Shown: positions 1 to 7,546 of the stretch, piece after piece | How positions within the stretch are numbered: position 1 is the first letter of the stretch | How the letters are laid out: every line of letters begins with the position of its first letter | Assembly: GCA_964508365.1 (NCBI GenBank) | Contig: CAZDTP010000093.1 | Span: 1-10,528, forward strand | Length of the DNA: 10,528 bases | Direction of reading: 5' to 3' | From: an uncultured archaeon | Lineage (GTDB): Archaea > Asgardarchaeota > Lokiarchaeia > Sigyniarchaeales > SOKP01 | Made by a program: the position numbers and the translations under genes | The notes under the pieces: generated by a model | What the model was told of the DNA's origin: nothing | Seen by the model: the letters and a program-made list of their open reading frames with translations, nothing else | Database searches by the model: none

Positions 1-870
1 AATTAAATACTCTAACTTTTTAAAGATCGGTGTAATGTATTTCTCCAAATTTACATATCCATTCTCGAAGAAAATCTCTACACGTCTCTCATCCATTTTT
101 GCTTTATTCCAGATACTTATTAAATTCCCTACAAATCCATCTTCATATTCAAAGTTTAATGTGGCTACATCCTCAAGCTTTCCTTCAGTCAAGGGGGATA
201 CATAGCGAATTTTAGCGAATATTTTCGAAAGTGGTGCCTGATCACCAAAAAGATATTCAAGCATATCCACATCGTGAATGCTATGTTCAAATAAACTTCC
301 TCCATAAGCAAAGGAAGGATCTTTTCTCCACTCAGATTGATGTAAACCGGTGCCAATAGGCCAATCTTGAGTATCTCTGAATATAAATGATAATCTCTTT
401 CCAAACGCTTCCTCATTTTCTTGTATAATTTGTTTCATTTTCCAGACTACTGGACAATGCCGGAGTACTAATCCTACCTGTGTGGAGATTCCATGCTTTT
501 TTTCTGCTAATATTAGCTCTTTGATATCTTCTAAAGAAAAGGCAAGTGGCTTTTCACAAAAGATATTTTTACCTTCTTCCGCAAGTTTTATGAAATAATC
601 TTTATGGAATTTAGTAGGAGTAGCGATGTAAACAACATCGATAGCTTTATCCTTAACGATATCATCTGGATTCGTCGTAAAATAGTCAATTATATTAGCA
701 TCCTTCAATTTTAGCTTGTTCAATTTCTCTTCATCTGGATCGGCGACTCCCCGAATTTTGATATGGACATCACTATCAGAAAGGAGCCTTTCTTCTTCGA
801 TTTTTTTTAATGAAAATAAGTGTGTCTGTCCAATTAGTCCTGTTCCTATTATCCCAACATTTATATTCAA
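1..870 (-). CDS. Gfo/Idh/MocA family NAD(P)-dependent oxidoreductase (3' end outside the window)
   Basis: Manual translation gives 290 open codons from TTG at 870 to the window edge: (M)NINVGIIGTGLIGQTH (Rossmann GxGxxG), IDVVYIATPTKFH, NIFCEKPLA (EKP motif), GGSLFEHSIHDVD. An in-frame TAG at 889-891 leaves this TTG as the only plausible start, with purine-rich GAAGGATGG upstream. Absent from the ORF track. Confidence 0.9.
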   Translation of the reverse strand, partial: MNINVGIIGTGLIGQTHLFSLKKIEEERLLSDSDVHIKIRGVADPDEEKLNKLKLKDANIIDYFTTNPDDIVKDKAIDVVYIATPTKFHKDYFIKLAEEGKNIFCEKPLAFSLEDIKELILAEKKHGISTQVGLVLRHCPVVWKMKQIIQENEEAFGKRLSFIFRDTQDWPIGTGLHQSEWRKDPSFAYGGSLFEHSIHDVDMLEYLFGDQAPLSKIFAKIRYVSPLTEGKLEDVATLNFEYEDGFVGNLISIWNKAKMDERRVEIFFENGYVNLEKYITPIFKKLEYLI

Positions 871-1181
871 CTTAAACCATCCTTCTCTCTATAGGAATTT
901 AATTAACTAAAAGTAAAGAGCAATTTTTTATAAACATTTCAAAAATCTTGTTGATTTTTGACATTTGAGTTTTTTTTTTCTTATCTAATTCATCTGAAAA
1001 ATGTTGTATCAAACATATAAAAAAAGAAAATAATTTGGTCCTAATTAAAAATAGAAATTCTAAAATATCCAAAGTTCCTCATAGTAATCTGTATGATACA
1101 TCTTAATGAAAAAATGACCATTTAAGGCAAAGATGCTATTGAACTCGGCGTTTCTATTCTTATTAACATCTTTATACATTT

Positions 1182-1904
1182 TTATTTGATTCCGTATATT
1201 ACTCCCATTGTTTTCAATTCAATTTTTACTACTTTGGGCATTGATAATTCGTCTACAATTTCAACAAAATTAACCTGCTGAATACCCCATTCCTTAATTT
1301 GTCTTATTAATTCCTCAATTATTCCATATTTTCTCTTATTTTTAAATGTGTCTTGTAAAGAAAACATTCCTCCCTTTTTCAACACTCGTAAGGATTCATT
1401 AATGAGTTTTCTTTTATCTCTGGTGTCTCTAACTTCATGATATACGAAGTTGCTCACAATAGCATCAAATTCTCCATCATTGAAAGGTAATTTTGAGGCA
1501 CTTGCCTTTTGAAATATAACTCGGTTTGCCACACCTTCAATTTCAGCATTTTTCTCACACTGTTGCTTAGAATAATCCCATACGCTTCCCCAATGATCAA
1601 TTCCCCATACAGATGATTCAGGGAATCTTTTTGCAAGCTCTATAGTCAATCCTCCTGCGCCAGTACCTACATCAAGTGCTTTTCCCTGCCCTTTCCAAGG
1701 CAATTTCTGGATAACTAAATCCCAGATTTTATGTTGAATTTCTTTATTATGTGCTGAAAAGTAATAATAAAGATACATCATATAAGCGAAAGGTAAAATC
1801 CATATTCCGGCAATTACCCACAGAACTATTTTTATCAATGATATTATTGGAAATATGGTGGGAATTAATAAAAGTAAAAATACTGCTACAAAAAAATAAA
1901 TCAT
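1182..1904 (-). CDS. Class I SAM-dependent methyltransferase with N-terminal transmembrane segments (true start probably further upstream)
   Basis: Motif I ALDVGTGAGG, post-I VWGIDHW, ASASKLPF..GEFDAIVSNFVYHEV, LRVLKKGG; hydrophobic N-terminal ~45 aa. The frame stays open to 1949 and reads KITETVDYGNWVPKK before the called Met. Confidence 0.88.
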   Translation of the reverse strand: MIYFFVAVFLLLLIPTIFPIISLIKIVLWVIAGIWILPFAYMMYLYYYFSAHNKEIQHKIWDLVIQKLPWKGQGKALDVGTGAGGLTIELAKRFPESSVWGIDHWGSVWDYSKQQCEKNAEIEGVANRVIFQKASASKLPFNDGEFDAIVSNFVYHEVRDTRDKRKLINESLRVLKKGGMFSLQDTFKNKRKYGIIEELIRQIKEWGIQQVNFVEIVDELSMPKVVKIELKTMGVIYGIK

Positions 1905-2578
1905 CTTCTTTGGAACCCAATTTCCATAATCTACTGTTTCCGTAATTTTTTATCGCCATTTTGTGTGTTTTTATGATTAATAATTTATTCTCATATTTAA
2001 ATTTAGGTATGCCTAATCTATTTCAATAAATATCATAATATAAATAAGATAAGAATAATTACACTGTGTTAAAGAGATATTTTGGGAAACTTAGATATTA
2101 ATAGTTTCCTTAATATCCTAAAAAAATAATAAAGCTGCTTTTTTATCATTAAAGAAAGGAATCTGGGTTAAAGAATAAAATACCATTTGGATTTGCATCC
2201 TATATCTCTATAGGGAGAATGAACTAAAAAGAATATTTAATACGTCAAAAAATAGATATTAAAAGAATCATTAGAGTCAATTACATAATAATTCAACATT
2301 ATAGCCTATTAAATTAAAATCACATTAAGGTCTATTTTTAAGTCTTTCAAAGGAATAGAGAATAGTAAAGAAACTTATGTGAAACGGTAGAATATTAAGA
2401 TAAATGATACACATAATTTTTTTCTCGTTTCATAAATTTTTCCTTTTAACTTTTGGAAGATTTATTAATATTATTTTGCAATTAAAGTAATGGTTTTTAT
2501 CAGTATATCTTTTTATACGGAATAGTCATTTATTAAACTAACTAATGAAAAATCTAAGAAAAGAGAGGAAGGAAAAAA

Positions 2579-3652
2579 ATGACAATTTTAAACCGAAAAA
2601 AAATACGACCTGATATTCTCAAAATCCAGGATGATGGATTTAAAGAAATAATGAAATTTATACTTCAATTTACGGAATTCGAAGAAAATAAGCGGTTTAA
2701 TTTTCCCAAAATCTATAAGAAAGTTCTGGATTTAAATGAACTTTTCTTTAAAAAAAAAGTTGGAATGGTTGAGCTCCATGATAAATTAACTGGTGAGGAA
2801 AGGAATTATATAACAAAATTATTACGTTATGCAACTGAACATTCAGCAATTCAAGAATTAGAAAACGATCCAATTCCGAAGGAAATTGAAATCAAATCTA
2901 TAACGCTTGATAAAATTTCTGCTGATTGGGTAATTCCCCCGAATCCCATAAAAGATTATGTAATTTTATACCTTCACGGGGGCGGATGGATACTTGGTTC
3001 TCCTCTGACTTGCCGAAAGTTAAATTCTGCTATAGCTAAAGCTACAAGTATTAAAATCCTTAGTATTGATTATCGCCTTGCCCCAGAACATCCATTCCCC
3101 TCACCATTAGAAGATTGTGTTAACGCTTACAATTGGTTATTATCAAATGGATTCAAAAATGACCATATAATCATCGCGGGAGATTCTGCTGGAGGAAATC
3201 TAACCCTAACAACTCTTTTAAAAATAAGAGATCAGAGAAGAGATTTACCTGCTGGAGCGATCTGCCTATCACCTGCAACAGACTTTACTTTAGCAGATGA
3301 TTCCTATTTTAAAAATGCCGAAACTGATCCAACATTAGCAGATGTCGGAATATTTTGGTGGTATGCTGCTTATCTTGCTGGAGAGGACCCCCGTAATCCA
3401 TACATTTCGCCCTTGTTCGCGGATTTAAAAGGATTACCTCCAATATTAGTCCAAGTTAGCTCATGTGAAATGCTTTATAGCGATACTACTCGCTTTGTTG
3501 AAAAAGCTAAGAAGGTAGGTGTAAACGCAATTTTACAATCTTGGGATGAAATGCCGCATGTATTTCAAGGAGAAAGATATGATCTTCTTCCAGAAGCTAA
3601 AGATGCAATTACTAAGATAACTAACTTCACTAACCAACTATTTAAAATTTAG
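2579..3652 (+). CDS. Hormone-sensitive-lipase family (family IV, Abhydrolase_3) esterase/lipase
   Basis: YLHGGGW oxyanion motif, DYRLAPEHPFP, nucleophile elbow GDSAGG, CEMLYSD (acid), MPHVF (His); purine-rich AGGAAGG upstream of the ATG. Confidence 0.93.
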   Translation: MTILNRKKIRPDILKIQDDGFKEIMKFILQFTEFEENKRFNFPKIYKKVLDLNELFFKKKVGMVELHDKLTGEERNYITKLLRYATEHSAIQELENDPIPKEIEIKSITLDKISADWVIPPNPIKDYVILYLHGGGWILGSPLTCRKLNSAIAKATSIKILSIDYRLAPEHPFPSPLEDCVNAYNWLLSNGFKNDHIIIAGDSAGGNLTLTTLLKIRDQRRDLPAGAICLSPATDFTLADDSYFKNAETDPTLADVGIFWWYAAYLAGEDPRNPYISPLFADLKGLPPILVQVSSCEMLYSDTTRFVEKAKKVGVNAILQSWDEMPHVFQGERYDLLPEAKDAITKITNFTNQLFKI

Positions 3653-4153
3653 ATCTACAAAAAATTTTTATATCATCAGGAAATTCGTGGACCGGTTTCA
3701 GAGAATTATGCAAATCTTTTGGAAACAATTAAATTAAACAAATTAGAAAAAGGCGTCCCTGTTTATAAGGGGTTAGGAGAAGAGAGCTGTATTGTAAATT
3801 TCAGTCCACTTGGTATTTCTTCATGTGTTTCTGAAGAGGATCATAAAAAGATGGAACTTATATCAATTGACGAATTTGTAAGAGAACAAGATCTTTCAAT
3901 AGGTTTGATTAAAATGGATGTTGAAGGTTATGAATTCGAAGCATTAAAAGGAGCAAAAAAAACGATTGAAAAGTTCAAATCGGTGTTATTAATCTTGATA
4001 TATCATCATCCAGAAGAATTATTTAGAACAAAAAAATACATTCAAGAGATTGAACCAAATTACGAATTTAAAATTAAACACTTGGCAGATATTAGATCTC
4101 TTGGAGAGATTCATTTAATTGCATGGCAAAAAAAAATTTTAACCTATTTCTAA
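3653..4153 (+). pseudogene. 5'-truncated FkbM-family methyltransferase remnant
   Basis: Central and C-terminal FkbM motifs are present (PVSENYANLLETIKLN, ISIDEFV, LIKMDVEGYEFEALKGAKKTI, IYHHPEELF). The N-terminal SAM-binding DxGAxxG motif is absent and there is no room for it after the esterase stop at 3652. The ORF-track start (TTG 3719) is an internal Leu codon. Confidence 0.75.
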
Positions 4154-4183
4154 AAAATCATTTTTTGTTCACACTTTTTTCAT

Positions 4184-4309
4184 TTATATACTGAATGATA
4201 TAATTTGATTTTCTCTTGACGATTGATATGCAGATTCTATGATTTCGTGAGTACGATATCCGATATCTAAACCAGGATAAGGTTCTATTTCTTTGTTCCT
4301 CCAAGGCCA
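4184..4309 (-). pseudogene. Probable C-terminal remnant of a Gfo/Idh/MocA oxidoreductase
   Basis: Manual translation: ...KEIEPYPGLDIGYRTHEIIESAYQSSRENQIISFSI* (TAA at 4184-4186). This resembles the terminal 'P...DG.....IIEAAY.S......' helix of Gfo/Idh/MocA proteins. No start codon; in-frame TAG at 4310-4312. Confidence 0.45.
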
Positions 4310-4401
4310 CTATATTAGTGCCTATTATATTAATTGTAATATGAATTTTTTATAAACAATAGTGTTATAAACTTATACATAATTTAGATCTTAAATTATA
4401 A

Positions 4402-4409
4402 AGAAGGTG
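4402..4409 (+). promoter_or_regulatory. Shine-Dalgarno-like site of the BAR-domain gene
   Basis: AGAAGGTG ending 6 nt before ATG 4416, similar to the archaeal GAGGTG consensus. Confidence 0.5.
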
Positions 4410-4415
4410 TTATAA

Positions 4416-5063
4416 ATGTTTAAGAAATTTATGGATAATTTAACAAATGCTTTAGGAATTACAAGCAATAAAATTAGTGAGTTAATTAAAGGAAGTAATC
4501 AATATATCAATGCAGAAGAAAATGTCACAAGAGAAATTAAAAAGACAGTTGCTGCATTAAAAGGTTATGCTGAAACGGAGACACCTTCCCTAGGTCAGGC
4601 AGTAAATTCATTAGCTTCTACATTTGAAATTATTGAAAAAGAAAGTACGGAAAAAGTCAAAAGACTTCGTGAAGAATTCATTAAACCGCTAAGTGATCTT
4701 TTAATTAGCTTACAAAAACTCCAAACTGAACAGAATGAAGCTCAAAAGGCTACGAAAGAATTAGAAAAAGCTGAAAAGCATCTAAGTAAAATCCAAAGCA
4801 AACCAAAAGAAAAATTAAAGCCAAACGAAATGCAAACAGCTGAAACAGAATTGAAAACTGCGAAAGAAAAAGCTGCTAAAGAAGAAGACGATGTAAAAGT
4901 AGCAACCGTGGAATTTAATAAAGTAAAATTAGAAAACATGCAAAAACTTCTTAAAAATATGGTGGATATTGAAACTGTTTTTCATAAAAAGATTCTTGAT
5001 TCCGTAGCAACAGTAAAAGTTAAAGCTGAAGCTATTAAAGTTGCCGAAGAATCAAAAATGTAA
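4416..5063 (+). CDS. BAR-domain superfamily protein, FAM92/CIBAR-like (candidate eukaryotic signature protein)
   Basis: 215 aa, all-helical with heptad pattern and no TM segment. Motifs YAETETPSL, VKRL..EFIKPL, AETEL and IETVFHKKIL fall at the same spacing as YAATETPHL, VERL..KVVEPL, AETEL and IEMLFHGKAL of human FAM92A/CIBAR1 as recalled from memory. Confidence 0.8.
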   Translation: MFKKFMDNLTNALGITSNKISELIKGSNQYINAEENVTREIKKTVAALKGYAETETPSLGQAVNSLASTFEIIEKESTEKVKRLREEFIKPLSDLLISLQKLQTEQNEAQKATKELEKAEKHLSKIQSKPKEKLKPNEMQTAETELKTAKEKAAKEEDDVKVATVEFNKVKLENMQKLLKNMVDIETVFHKKILDSVATVKVKAEAIKVAEESKM

Positions 5064-5083
5064 ACCTAATTCTCTTATTTTCA

Positions 5084-5093
5084 TTTTTTTTTT
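5084..5093 (+). terminator. Oligo-T tract, likely archaeal-type terminator of the BAR gene
   Basis: T10 run starting 21 nt after the stop codon at 5063. Confidence 0.5.
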
Positions 5094-5351
5094 CCCCAAA
5101 TTTACTTCGATTCCTATTTCATAAATCCTATATATAGATTGAAATGTATCTAAAGAAAAATGGCAATTGGGTTTAGCGTGAAATAACAATAATAAGTATA
5201 TTTTCTCATTTCATAAGTGCTCTTTTTCGGGTATTCTGACTAAAATAAGGAAGACGTTTGAATTATTAATAATAACTTTAATAATGATAATGTTCTAAAA
5301 TTTCTAAGAACACTTTTTTATAGAAAAGAAATCTTTAGGAAGAAGTAAATC

Positions 5352-6866
5352 ATGATAGACGAAATCGAAAAAATTCCTGATTCTTTCGTAATGAGAGATG
5401 ATTTAGATTTTAAATATTACGTGTCTGGTGCTTGGAAAAAGTCATCTTCGGGAAAAACAATAGTTATTAAAAATCCGTATAATGATGAGAGAGTAGGAAC
5501 TGTGCAAGCATGTTCCACTGAAGAAGCTAATCAGGTCATAACCGTTGCAAAAGAAAGTTTGGGATGTTGGGAAGAAAAGACTCAGAGAGAACGAGCTGAT
5601 ATATTAATGAAAGCTGCTAATTTAATGAGAGAATGGGCTAATCCTTTAGGGTATATTATGATGAAAGAGATCGGTAAACCTATAAAAAGTGCCATATCAG
5701 AAATAACCCGAACTTCCGAATTATTTGAAGCCACAGCCGAAGCGGGATTACAACAAGAAGGAGAAGCAATTTACGGAGATGCGTTTAAAGGTTTTGGTAA
5801 AGATAAGATGTCAATGACGTACAGAGTTCCTTTAGGAGTGATTCTATGCATTGGTCCCTTTAATTATCCGTTTAATCTTACGGGATCTAAAATAGCTCCT
5901 GCATTAATGGCAGGAAATACTGTTGTAGTCAAGCCTCCTTCCCAAGGAGCGATCAGTCCCTTATTCTTTGGATTAATTTTAGAAAAAGCGGGAGTTCCTC
6001 CAGGAGTTTTTAATATAATCACCGGAAAGGGATCTGAAATCGGTGACTATTTAGTACACCACCCTTTGGTTAACATGGTGAGTTTCACCGGATCTTCTGA
6101 AACGGGTAAACACCTTGCAAATTGTGTTGGAATGAAACCTTTATTGTTAGAATTAGGTGGAAAGGATGCCGCTATCGTACTAAACGATGCAAATTTAGAA
6201 TTAACGGCAGATGCAATTGTTTCGGGAGCATTTTCATACAGTGGGCAAAGATGTACTGCAGTAAAAAGAGTTCTTCCAATGCCCGGAATTGCTGAAAAAT
6301 TAATAGAATTAGTAAAAAAGAAAACCATGAATTTATCTATTGGAGATCCCGAAAAAAATGCTACTATCGGGCCCCTCATAAGTGCAAAACAATGCGATTT
6401 CGTTCAAGGACTGATAGACGATGCTTTAGAAAAAGGTGGTACTTTACTATGCGGAAATAAAAGAGAAGGTAACATCATGTGGCCAACATTGTTAGATAAT
6501 GTTACAATTGAAATGAGAATTGCCTGGGAAGAACCTTTTGGTCCTATATTACCTTTTATACGAACTAATAGCGCTGAAGAAGCAATAGAAATATCAAATA
6601 AATCAGAATACGGACTTCAAGGCATGATTTTCACAGAAAATATCGATTTAGCTTTTAACATTGCACAGGAGTTAGAAGTGGGTTCTGTTCAAATAAATGG
6701 AAAAAGTGAGAGAGGTCCAGATCATTTTCCATTTTTGGGAACCAAATCATCAGGCCTAGGAACACAAGGAATAAAGTATTCGATTGAAGCAATGAGTAGA
6801 CCAAAAGTCATCGTATTGAACTTATCAGAGAAAGGGAAGTTAATAAAACTATGCAAATATGATTAA
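5352..6866 (+). CDS. gapN: NADP-dependent non-phosphorylating glyceraldehyde-3-phosphate dehydrogenase (ALDH family 11)
   Basis: PFNYPFNLTGSKIAPALMAGN, KPPSQG, FTGSSETG, LELGGKDAA (catalytic Glu), FSYSGQRCTAVKRV (catalytic Cys), MRIAWEEPFGPILP, RGPDHFPFLGTKSSGLGTQGIKYSIEAM. The KPPxQG, RIAWEEPFGP and RGPDHFPF segments are typical of GapN. Confidence 0.92.
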   Translation: MIDEIEKIPDSFVMRDDLDFKYYVSGAWKKSSSGKTIVIKNPYNDERVGTVQACSTEEANQVITVAKESLGCWEEKTQRERADILMKAANLMREWANPLGYIMMKEIGKPIKSAISEITRTSELFEATAEAGLQQEGEAIYGDAFKGFGKDKMSMTYRVPLGVILCIGPFNYPFNLTGSKIAPALMAGNTVVVKPPSQGAISPLFFGLILEKAGVPPGVFNIITGKGSEIGDYLVHHPLVNMVSFTGSSETGKHLANCVGMKPLLLELGGKDAAIVLNDANLELTADAIVSGAFSYSGQRCTAVKRVLPMPGIAEKLIELVKKKTMNLSIGDPEKNATIGPLISAKQCDFVQGLIDDALEKGGTLLCGNKREGNIMWPTLLDNVTIEMRIAWEEPFGPILPFIRTNSAEEAIEISNKSEYGLQGMIFTENIDLAFNIAQELEVGSVQINGKSERGPDHFPFLGTKSSGLGTQGIKYSIEAMSRPKVIVLNLSEKGKLIKLCKYD

Positions 6867-7067
6867 AGTTTTAAAATTATCAGGGCATAAATTATCGCCA
6901 GAACACAATATTATATAAAAGGAGTCAGTAAAATGAATAAATCTATCTAATTACTTCATAAATAAAAGCAATCTTTAAAACGATAGATAATTAAGGCTAT
7001 AATATTTAAAAATGATGTAGCATTGACAACTGTAAGAATTCAACTTTTTATTAGTGGTGAAATTAAT

Positions 7068-7517
7068 ATGGATTTATTCGATTGGATGTTTATTGTTTCA
7101 GGCTTTATTTTTTTCGTTTCAATGATTAGTGCAATACTATTGATGGCCAGAAATAAAATGAAGACTGTTAAAATTTTTGGCCCGATCCTCGCAGTTCTGA
7201 TGCTTCCAATCATCGTCGTTTTGATTAATTATATTGTATTTAATAAAGATCTGAGATTTGTAATTTTCACAGTTTTAATCCTCATTTATCTACTGGCAGA
7301 ATCCTTACTTGATATGGTTTTCAAATATGATTTTCGATCAAAACCGAGTACACACGTTCCTTATATCATCGTGGAATGGGCTGCTGCTTTTTCTTTCTTG
7401 TTTGGCACTATCAGGCTTGATACAACGATGGGCTGGATTATTGCAATCTTTTTTTGGACTTTCATCGTTGCTTTGGTTTATTATATTATCAAGCGAAGAA
7501 AAAATAAGGAAACGTAA
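7068..7517 (+). CDS. Integral membrane protein of unknown function (about 5 TM helices, 149 aa)
   Basis: About five hydrophobic stretches and a basic C-terminal tail (KRRKNKET). ATG 7068 is preferred over the track's TTG 7023 because GGTGA lies 7 nt upstream of it. Confidence 0.75.
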   Translation: MDLFDWMFIVSGFIFFVSMISAILLMARNKMKTVKIFGPILAVLMLPIIVVLINYIVFNKDLRFVIFTVLILIYLLAESLLDMVFKYDFRSKPSTHVPYIIVEWAAAFSFLFGTIRLDTTMGWIIAIFFWTFIVALVYYIIKRRKNKET

Positions 7518-7546
7518 TATGTTCATAGAATTTGATACTATCTTTT

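Noticed and set aside
189-910. Track ORFs 189..416 (-) and 716..910 (+)
   Set aside because: Shadow frames overlapping the well-supported Gfo/Idh/MocA gene.
1095-1185. Plus-strand peptide HLNEKMTI*GKDAIELGVSILINI, faintly like an M20 peptidase C-terminus
   Set aside because: Too short and degenerate to support without a profile search.
1454-1959. Track ORFs 1454..1636, 1747..1959 and 1751..1945
   Set aside because: Alternative or antisense frames of the methyltransferase. Only the first codons of 1747..1959 may be real (see the frameshift finding).
1960-2578. 620-bp AT-rich divergent intergenic region, including a GGAAACT-N11-AGTTTCC inverted repeat near 2085-2109
   Set aside because: No recognisable ORF, RNA gene or repeat array; a 7-bp arm is within chance expectation.
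2579-4153. The esterase and the FkbM remnant share one reading frame separated only by TAG 3650-3652 (possible amber or pyrrolysine readthrough fusion)
   Set aside because: The esterase is complete at the TAG and the FkbM part lacks its SAM-binding motif, so a fusion would be non-functional. In-frame adjacency has a 1-in-3 chance.
4254-4267. Tandem CGATATC CGATATC
   Set aside because: Only two copies, explained by the coding sequence of the Gfo-like remnant.
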